From positions 1 to 37,181 of the IMG/VR virus record IMGVR_UViG_3300009502_000014: DNA of 37,181 nt. One strand, given 5' to 3'. Below the pieces are notes generated by a model. It was not told the origin of the DNA. It ran no database searches and saw only the letters and a program-made list of their open reading frames with translations. Positions 30,428 to 37,181 of this stretch are shown here, piece after piece. Made by a program: the position numbers and the translations under genes. The stretch comes from a virus. How positions within the stretch are numbered: position 1 is the first letter of the stretch; every line of letters begins with the position of its first letter.

Positions 30428-33400
30428 TATGCAATCATCGCTAAAGCCAAGGCTATTTTAGCCGAGGAGGTTGCAGAACCAGAAGTTCCGAAAGGTATAT
30501 TAAGGTCATTTCCCGTAAAAGTAAACGAAGAAGATGCCCCTAACACTCCGCTACTATTATACTGAACTTGCGTGTTGCTACCCGCTGGCGTTGCAATCGT
30601 TGTTGTGTTGTATGCAATGAAATCAAGAATGTCACCAGCATTAGCTGCCGTAGTTAAGACAACCGTTGTCCCATTCGTTGCTGTGTAATCAGCGGCGTTG
30701 AGCAATACACCGTTTAGATAAACTGCAATGTACGGTGCAGAATATGAAACGGTAAATGTTGTTTGCGCCGCCGTAGCCGTTGCGCTCGTTCTGGAATAAC
30801 TAGATGTACCTGAACCAATAGTTGTCCAAGTAGGCGGTGCGCTAGAACCGCCAGATGTTAATACTTGTCCAGATGTACCGTATCCTGTTGTGCCTGTTGT
30901 AGCAGGGGTTGTGCCGAGGTTCGTGGACAGTCCAATTGCACCCGCCGCATTGATAACGTGCGCCGATTGCCCTGCTGTACCATACGTTAAATACGTCTTG
31001 TACCCATTACCAGAGCCTACCGATATATCACCATCGTGACCAGAAAAGTAAACGCCGTTGTTGATGCTGTAAAAGTCTGCTGGCGTGGACGCACTAAACG
31101 ACGATGAATTCATCCCGAACTCGCCGTAATAACTTGAGTCTGTCCCCAAATTATTGCTTAAAACATAGTTGACCGACGCACCCGCCGTATTGCTACTGTT
31201 TTGGAACAGACTTTGTAAGTAACTACCCGCTACACTTGCACCCGATGCTACGTTGGTGTTTGCCGCATTAAAAGTTAACGCAGGGGTAACATTGGTGGTC
31301 GAAGTAATCGAAAGTGTAGGCGTAGCTAATGTGTTATTGGTCGTGTTGTAATTCAACGCAGAATTACTTGCAAGCGCACTTGTGCCTGCACCGTAGGGAA
31401 TGTATCCAGCAGTCAACGACGTTAATCCTGTGCCGCCATTACTGACTACCAACGTGCCACCAAGTGATATAGCACCCGTTGTCGCACTAGCTGGGGTTAA
31501 ACCTGTCGTGCCACCTGCAAAACTCGTCACGCCACCAGATGATGCCGCCCAAGTCGGTATACCAGCCGCTAGTGTTAATACATAGCCGTTAGTGCTTGCC
31601 GCCAATCTTGAAAGCGTGTTGCTAGCACTTGCATATAAAAGATCGCCTGTCGCATAAGCTGTTAATCCAGTACCGCCAAAACCCGTCCCTAACGTACCCG
31701 CTGATACTTGCGAAGCATTAAGACTTGTTAAAGACGCACCTGAGCCACTAAAAATAGTTGCCGATAGCGTACCCGTCGAAGGGTTGTATTGATATTTTGT
31801 AGAACTTGTGTATTCAGTCGTTAAATTACCGCTAGTCTGGTTTGCAAACAAAGGATAACGCGTTGCATTAGTTGTTGTATCGTCTGTAACAGTTGTATAA
31901 GCTGTAGGCGTTGTCCAGCTTGGTGCGCTTGTACCATTTGACGTTAAAACTTGACCTGTTGTGCCGTTTGCAACAAAAGACGTAGCACCTGCACCAGTTT
32001 GATAAGGTATTTGACTTGCAATACCGCCTGCTAAGTTTGTCGCTGTTGTTGCGCTAGTTGCTGTGGACGCAGATCCAACTGATAAAGTAGATTGTGCAAC
32101 ATAAATTGGTGCAGATGCGCCCGCAGTTAATACATAACCCGATGTGCCAAGCGATAAAAATGTTGAAGTGCTTGCACCAGTTTGGTAAGGCAATGCACCC
32201 GTTGAACCGCCTGCCACATTAGTTGCCGCCGTTGCCGATGCAACCGCACCGCTAACAATAGATCCTAAAATTGACGTAATCCACGCAGGGTTTGAGTATG
32301 ATCCTGTTGTATAAACACCGTTAGTCACAGTTGCGGCATTGCCGCCGATGTTCAAAGAAGTTGCTGTGCCTGTTAACCCTGTGCCTGGGCCACTAAACTG
32401 TGTGGAAGCAGTAATCGTTGTGCCACCAACCGTAGAACCGCTTATGGGCGTTCCTGTAATGCTTCCGCCAGTAATTGATACATTATTGGCGTTTTGGGTA
32501 GACATTGTGCCTAAACCCGAAATTGACGTGTTTGGTATGGTTGTAGATGCCGTGGCAGCGCTCGCACCATTTGCATATAAATAACCAGTTAAATTAGATG
32601 TACCTGTACCACCGTAAGTTGGGCTAATTAACGAAGCATTCCATGTCCCAGCGGTCAAAGTGCCTACGCCCGTAATCCCTGTGTAAGAACCAGACAATAA
32701 CGATGAAGCAATTGTGCCAGACGTAATCTGTGATGCACCAATAGCAATTGCAGTCGTTGCAGCGCTTGTTAATTGGCCTTGAGCGTTTACTGTAAATGTA
32801 CCAACGCTGGATGCTGAACCATAACTTGCAGCAGTTACCGTTGTATTTGTAAGGCTAAACGTGTTTGAACTAAGTGTTAACCCTGTGCCTGCAAAATATG
32901 TACCGTTTCCTGAAAATTGCACCCAAGGCATAGCAGTAACGCCAATTGTGCCTGTAGAAGATGCCGTACAAACCCATCCAGTATTAGCTTGAGAACCATT
33001 TAGTAATACGGTGTACGCGCCTGAAACCTCAGACCATACATCCATATCGCTTGCTCTTGTCCAAGTACTAGCCGACGCTATGTAAATACCATTTTGCGAC
33101 GATGTGCCTTGATTCTTAACCAATACGCGATCACCATTAAGTGTCACATAGGTGTCAATTGTTTGTAATCCTGACAAAGTAATTGATACAGTAGTGCCAA
33201 CAGCGCAGGCCGCTTTCGGACCGAGACCTTGCGCTACCGTGTCAACATATAGTTTATTTGCTATGTCAGATGCGTTTGATGGAGAAGTACTTATTTGACC
33301 TGTCGTTGTGGTCAAACTTGTAAATGCACCTGTTGATGGCGTTGTAGAACCAATTGCCGTGCTATCTATTGTGCTATTAGTTATGTTTAACCCAGATTGA

Positions 33401-33525
33401 ATAGGGTTAAGTGTTGCATAAAATGGCTGACCTTGACCAATAAACGTATTAAATGACCCGTCAAGATTAAAATACGCTTGAACAGGCAATATATTTTGGT
33501 CAACGGTTAAGGCTGGATTAGCCAT
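30427..33525 (-). CDS. Large tail fibre protein
   Basis: 1032 aa. The N-terminal part has DIANKLYVDT...GDRVLVKNQGTSSQNGIYIAS..WTRASDMD, a common fibre domain pattern. It is followed by several or more GGTG/QTGA...G(Y/Q)VLTSNG modules. Confidence 0.75.
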   Translation of the reverse strand: MANPALTVDQNILPVQAYFNLDGSFNTFIGQGQPFYATLNPIQSGLNITNSTIDSTAIGSTTPSTGAFTSLTTTTGQISTSPSNASDIANKLYVDTVAQGLGPKAACAVGTTVSITLSGLQTIDTYVTLNGDRVLVKNQGTSSQNGIYIASASTWTRASDMDVWSEVSGAYTVLLNGSQANTGWVCTASSTGTIGVTAMPWVQFSGNGTYFAGTGLTLSSNTFSLTNTTVTAASYGSASSVGTFTVNAQGQLTSAATTAIAIGASQITSGTIASSLLSGSYTGITGVGTLTAGTWNASLISPTYGGTGTSNLTGYLYANGASAATASTTIPNTSISGLGTMSTQNANNVSITGGSITGTPISGSTVGGTTITASTQFSGPGTGLTGTATSLNIGGNAATVTNGVYTTGSYSNPAWITSILGSIVSGAVASATAATNVAGGSTGALPYQTGASTSTFLSLGTSGYVLTAGASAPIYVAQSTLSVGSASTATSATTATNLAGGIASQIPYQTGAGATSFVANGTTGQVLTSNGTSAPSWTTPTAYTTVTDDTTTNATRYPLFANQTSGNLTTEYTSSTKYQYNPSTGTLSATIFSGSGASLTSLNASQVSAGTLGTGFGGTGLTAYATGDLLYASASNTLSRLAASTNGYVLTLAAGIPTWAASSGGVTSFAGGTTGLTPASATTGAISLGGTLVVSNGGTGLTSLTAGYIPYGAGTSALASNSALNYNTTNNTLATPTLSITSTTNVTPALTFNAANTNVASGASVAGSYLQSLFQNSSNTAGASVNYVLSNNLGTDSSYYGEFGMNSSSFSASTPADFYSINNGVYFSGHDGDISVGSGNGYKTYLTYGTAGQSAHVINAAGAIGLSTNLGTTPATTGTTGYGTSGQVLTSGGSSAPPTWTTIGSGTSSYSRTSATATAAQTTFTVSYSAPYIAVYLNGVLLNAADYTATNGTTVVLTTAANAGDILDFIAYNTTTIATPAGSNTQVQYNSSGVLGASSSFTFTGNDLNIPFGTSGSATSSAKIALALAMIA

Positions 33526-33534
33526 GTCTACCTT

Positions 33535-33885
33535 TTACGATTGATCGTTGATTGGTGTTACATAAATTATACTTGCTGTTGCGCTATTGCTGATAGCCGT
33601 CATGTAAAAAGGGCTAGTCGGCACAGCCAATACAATCGGGGTTGTCATCCCTGCTGGCAAGACAAACCCACCTGACGATGTGCCATCAACAGGAAATACC
33701 GCTGCTGGTGCTGGCGTGTAATTTGTCATTTGCACAGCCACAGGTGCCGCACCCGTATTCAAAAACGAGGCAAAATTAACTTGATCGTTTGTATTATCAT
33801 TGATCGTAACTGATGCGTGTGAAGTATTAGTGACCGACAACGCAACAGTTTGACCAGCCGTTCGCAATACGCTGGTATTTGACAT
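33535..33885 (-). CDS. Small, nearly uncharged Thr/Ala/Asn-rich protein
   Basis: 116 aa, with 5 charged residues by my count. Confidence 0.5.
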   Translation of the reverse strand: MSNTSVLRTAGQTVALSVTNTSHASVTINDNTNDQVNFASFLNTGAAPVAVQMTNYTPAPAAVFPVDGTSSGGFVLPAGMTTPIVLAVPTSPFYMTAISNSATASIIYVTPINDQS

Positions 33886-33887
33886 GA

Positions 33888-34211
33888 TTAACCTGCCGTT
33901 GCTGGGATTGGCCCATCAGCACGAATTACTTCGATCAAATAACTTCCAGCAGCAGGGGTTGCGCTACTTGCCGTTAAATTGCCGAATTGAATCGTGAGCG
34001 TATTAGCCGCAGAAACATAATCATTGGCAATGATAATGCCCGTGGTCTGTGAGCCAATAGGGGAAACGGTCAATACATCAGTAGTCAATAAACCCGGTAC
34101 GGTAAAACTTTGTGCGGCAGTTGTATTAGCGGCAACGGCAGCAGGTGTTAATGTCGGTTGAATTAAAAAATAATTCAAAATATTACCGCGCAAAATGGTA
34201 GTTGAAGGCAT
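33888..34211 (-). CDS. Small Thr/Ala-rich protein
   Basis: 107-aa track ORF. Confidence 0.5.
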   Translation of the reverse strand: MPSTTILRGNILNYFLIQPTLTPAAVAANTTAAQSFTVPGLLTTDVLTVSPIGSQTTGIIIANDYVSAANTLTIQFGNLTASSATPAAGSYLIEVIRADGPIPATAG

Positions 34212-34230
34212 GATTTATTCCTTGTAAAAA

Positions 34231-34246
34231 TCCCCCCGAAGGGGGA
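34231..34246 (-). promoter_or_regulatory. Intercistronic hairpin (minus-strand RNA UCCCCC-UUCG-GGGGGA)
   Basis: Read directly. It sits between the stop at 34253 and the start at 34211. Confidence 0.6.
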
Positions 34247-34252
34247 ATCTTA

Positions 34253-34666
34253 TTAACTGAAGTCGTAACCGTAAACATAAACATCCATTGTAGCAGTCGC
34301 ACCTTGCGCTGTACCGACGTTTATGTATAGGTTTTGACCTGTTTGCGCTGCTGTCGAAGCAACAGTACGTTGCGATACAACAGTAGAACCCGTCAATGCT
34401 GACAATGCCGCGTTAGAAACAATACCTGTACCACCTGCACTTGGGGCTGTAAACAGACCTGCCGCCGCGGTTGTAAGACTTGTTGAAGCATTAGTAAAAA
34501 TGACGTTTGAAACAGAATAAGTGTTTGAGTTAATGATAGGTAAAACCGTATCACCCGTAGCATTAACGTTAACGCCTTGGTAAAAAGCCAACAGACGAAT
34601 GGCTTGGTTTGTTGAAATATTGGTAACGTGATTGGTTTGCGTACTTGCTGGGCCTGGATTTGCCAT
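34253..34666 (-). CDS. Possible capsid decoration / cement protein
   Basis: 137 aa, beta-rich. It lies immediately after the coat gene and is bracketed by two GC hairpins. The call rests on position only. Confidence 0.4.
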   Translation of the reverse strand: MANPGPASTQTNHVTNISTNQAIRLLAFYQGVNVNATGDTVLPIINSNTYSVSNVIFTNASTSLTTAAAGLFTAPSAGGTGIVSNAALSALTGSTVVSQRTVASTAAQTGQNLYINVGTAQGATATMDVYVYGYDFS

Positions 34667-34692
34667 GATAATTTCCTTTTAAGTTTGTTAAC

Positions 34693-34708
34693 GGGGGGCG
34701 AACCCCCC
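34693..34708 (-). promoter_or_regulatory. Hairpin after the coat gene (minus-strand RNA GGGGGG-UUCG-CCCCCC)
   Basis: Read directly. 6-bp G/C stem with a UUCG tetraloop and no clean U-run. Confidence 0.65.
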
Positions 34709-34713
34709 ACTAA

Positions 34714-35961
34714 TTAAGCTGCCACGCGGCAAGCCAGTTCTGGATACAGAGGAGCCCAGCCGTACAGCACATCTAAGCGAGTCGGAATTGAATCGTTGTT
34801 GATGGTGTACTGACGAACCACACGCATTGACAGGCCGATCTCTTTATCGCTTGCACGACCAGCAAAGTGAACACCTTCTGGCAATTCAAGGTCAGCCACA
34901 GCCAAAGTAAATGCGTTACGGTGCATAACAATGTTTTGTGGGGAAACTGTACCTGTATTGTTAAAAGGAGTAACCACAGCACTTGAAGATGTCGCAGATA
35001 CTGATACGTTTTGGAACTGACCAGCGGTAATGATCGCTGGCGATACAGTCACAGAAGCAGACGAACCCGAACCAATGGTCACAGCAGAAGTCACAACAAA
35101 GTTGCGCAACTTGTTTGAACCGTAAGCCTGGCGGTTTTGTGGGTTGACAGCGTAAACGTTAGCAATTTGAATGACATCGCCTTGGTTCAATGCCGCCGCA
35201 GCACTTGCCGATGCAATGGTAATGGTTGATGTTGATGCCCAACCAGAAGTCAACGAACCAGAGAATGTTGCCGTATTGGTTGACAACGTAGCAGAAGAAT
35301 ACGAACCAAACGTCTGCGATACGACGTTTTGATCCATCTTCCACGACATACCAGCCGAATCAACACCCATCAAGCCTTTTTCATACTGGCGGCTGATTTT
35401 CTCAGCGGGCATGAACAGACCTTTCAAGCTGTCAACAATTGTTGCAGAAGTGAATGGCTCAACAATACATGAACGACGACCATCGCGTGGTGCGCCTTCA
35501 GAATCAAGGTAAGCACCAGCGGTCAGATAAGTAATCAAACCAGTTGGAGGCGTACCAGCTGTACCCACGATGTTAGCCGTGTTGTTTTTAGCCATAACCA
35601 AACCGTCACGATCAATCTTGTTCGCAATAGCGGCAACAGCAGGTTTCAATACACGGTCACTAAACATATCGAGCGACAAAGCCAAATCTTGCGTTGTAAA
35701 CTGTGTGTCAACGTGGAATTGAGTTGACAAAGTAACAGGCCCAGGCGTTTCGTTGAAATCTTCGACGTTCAGCGCAGGACCAGTTGTACCGATAAAGCGT
35801 CCAGGTCTGCGAACGTTAACAGTATTACCAATCTTTGCGCCAACAACGGCAAATTGGTCATCATAGTTACGATCCACTTCCGAGGTGAAAGTCAATTCGT
35901 TTTCGAGAACCATCAAGGCCTCGTTGGTGATTTTACTAATGGTTAGCAAGTTATTTGCCAT
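34714..35961 (-). CDS. Major capsid protein, P22 coat-like
   Basis: 415 aa. Position after the scaffold gene. The N-terminus (ISKITNEALMVLENEL...) and C-terminus (...LDVLYGWAPLYPELACRV) resemble the P22 gp5 family by eye. Confidence 0.75.
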   Translation of the reverse strand: MANNLLTISKITNEALMVLENELTFTSEVDRNYDDQFAVVGAKIGNTVNVRRPGRFIGTTGPALNVEDFNETPGPVTLSTQFHVDTQFTTQDLALSLDMFSDRVLKPAVAAIANKIDRDGLVMAKNNTANIVGTAGTPPTGLITYLTAGAYLDSEGAPRDGRRSCIVEPFTSATIVDSLKGLFMPAEKISRQYEKGLMGVDSAGMSWKMDQNVVSQTFGSYSSATLSTNTATFSGSLTSGWASTSTITIASASAAAALNQGDVIQIANVYAVNPQNRQAYGSNKLRNFVVTSAVTIGSGSSASVTVSPAIITAGQFQNVSVSATSSSAVVTPFNNTGTVSPQNIVMHRNAFTLAVADLELPEGVHFAGRASDKEIGLSMRVVRQYTINNDSIPTRLDVLYGWAPLYPELACRVAA

Positions 35962-35985
35962 GATAATTCCTTTAATTAAATTGGT

Positions 35986-36897
35986 TTATCTAATCTTTTT
36001 CGCCAATCTTGCTTCTTTCCATTGCTGATATGTTCCGTGAAATTCGCCATTGGCGTTAATCGGCACATCAGCCGCAGAACTAGACGCTTTTAACGCGCGA
36101 ATAGGACTAGGTGCATTTGACTGTCTAGCAACAGGTTTCACTTCTGGCTCGTCTTTAGCTTCAAAACGCGCTTCCAATTTCCCAATTTCTTTTAAGGCTT
36201 TTGCAACAGGCATCGCAGCCAGTTTTCGAGCGTATTCAGTATCTTGAGCAAGGTGATATAAAACTTCTGGCCCTACATCACTTTCAACAATTGCATCACG
36301 GATTGCATCGTTTACCGCTACGTCCGCACTCGCAACCATTTCCTCAAAATCTGGCATTTTTGCCTTTGCAGCCTCAACTTTTTGCGTCCAAGCACTAATA
36401 ACCTTGTTACGCTCCTCGTTGGCTCTGCGATCAGCTTCAGCCCTGTCACGCTCTGCAAGTACCTTTTCAACATTCCATTCAGACAACGCTTTTGCATATT
36501 CAAAAGCATCCTGAAACTGGGAAGGCTGGGGTTCTTGTCCTAAAGGTTCCGCCACAATTGGCGTTGCCTTTTGTTCATATTCCCGTAAACGAACTTCTAA
36601 ATTTTCCCTAGCTTCTCGCTCCTTCGCCGCTTCTTGTTTGGCTTGTTCGCGTTGCTTGGTTAATTCAGAAAACCGTTTTTCAAGTTTAGGATTTTGTTTC
36701 GGCTTATCTGTTACTTCCGCTTCATCTTCCGCATTAGCATCGCTCTGTGATTCTGCCTCGACTGTACGCTCTGATTCCTCAGCCAATACAGGAGCATCCT
36801 CCACAGCCAGACCTAACTTGTTTGCGTAAAATTCCGCTGCATTTTCACTTGTTACAACACTTCCTGCATTACGTTCATCTGACATGAGTTGCCTCAA
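35986..36897 (-). CDS. Scaffolding protein
   Basis: 303 aa, acidic, Ala/Glu/Lys-rich coiled coil. It lies between the portal and coat genes. Confidence 0.7.
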   Translation of the reverse strand: MRQLMSDERNAGSVVTSENAAEFYANKLGLAVEDAPVLAEESERTVEAESQSDANAEDEAEVTDKPKQNPKLEKRFSELTKQREQAKQEAAKEREARENLEVRLREYEQKATPIVAEPLGQEPQPSQFQDAFEYAKALSEWNVEKVLAERDRAEADRRANEERNKVISAWTQKVEAAKAKMPDFEEMVASADVAVNDAIRDAIVESDVGPEVLYHLAQDTEYARKLAAMPVAKALKEIGKLEARFEAKDEPEVKPVARQSNAPSPIRALKASSSAADVPINANGEFHGTYQQWKEARLAKKIR

Positions 36898-36956
36898 GAA
36901 TTAACCTAGTTAAAAACTAACTAGTAAGTATTGCTGATAGTTTAATACTATTTATA

Positions 36957-37181
36957 TTAAATAGCACGTTCTGTTGTTTCTGCCGATGCTTCTTTTGCCG
37001 CTTGATTGCTTAAATGAGCCAACATCAATGCAAATTGACCTTTAATTTCTTCAATTTGAAGCTGAGTTTGTGTTTTCATGACCGTTTCATGTGCCTTGCT
37101 ATCCACTTCCAGCTTGGCAACGTCACGCCGTTCTGCATCACGCATTTCAATATCGTGCGCCTTAGCAGTCTGTTTCATCAG
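36957..37181 (-). CDS. Portal protein C-terminal end (wraps from position 1)
   Basis: The 73-aa track ORF is the in-frame continuation of the 1-1989 ORF (position 37178 equals position 120, same codon phase). It is a Gln/Glu/Lys-rich coiled-coil tail like a P22 portal barrel. Confidence 0.8.
   Translation of the reverse strand: MMKQTAKAHDIEMRDAERRDVAKLEVDSKAHETVMKTQTQLQIEEIKGQFALMLAHLSNQAAKEASAETTERAI
37059..37181. repeat. Terminal overlap, copy 2 (identical to 1-123)
   Basis: Same as copy 1. Confidence 0.95.

Noticed and set aside
22805-33525. A diversity-generating retroelement near the fibre genes, as in BPP-1-like podophages.
   Set aside because: There is no reverse transcriptase ORF anywhere in the genome, and I could not see a template/variable repeat pair with adenine-specific differences.

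Overview
The window is one complete, circularly closed tailed-phage genome of about 37,058 bp plus a 123-nt assembly overlap (1-123 is identical to 37059-37181, inside the portal gene). The head module is P22-like: terS, terL, portal, scaffold, P22-type coat. There are no tape-measure or tail-tube genes, so a short-tailed virion is likely. Two transcription units diverge from a control region at 13447-13547. The short rightward early operon (13548-16048) carries an ERF annealase, SSB, a PD-(D/E)XK nuclease, small ORFs and an HTH protein. The roughly 34-kb leftward unit runs in this order: Cro-like HTH, a 535-nt ORF-free structured leader with two terminators, and early or anti-restriction genes (Lar-like, an acidic 78-aa protein, C5-methyltransferase, HNH, Ref-like nuclease, RusA, GroES-like). 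It then continues through terS/terL/portal and wraps to scaffold and coat, about 8.8 kb of Thr/Ala/Gly-rich fibre or decoration genes, an adaptor, a gp10-like hub, a low-GC GNAT insert, three ejection proteins (one with a lambda-type GH104 domain), holin and a GH108 endolysin. I found no integrase, CI-type repressor, DNA polymerase, primase, helicase, tRNA or CRISPR array. Four things stand out. (1) At 7504-8945 all three minus-strand frames are used: methyltransferase motifs are split between two frames that are both open for 947 nt, and an HNH endonuclease is overprinted in the third frame. (2) The structured non-coding leader at 12686-13221. (3) A TTAAG-N4-CTTAA operator is shared by three early promoters, including one heading an acr/aca-like small-ORF plus HTH operon. 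(4) Several ORFs under 60 aa, translationally coupled to their neighbours and mostly hydrophobic, are absent from the ORF track. Every family assignment is motif recognition by eye; no database search was run.
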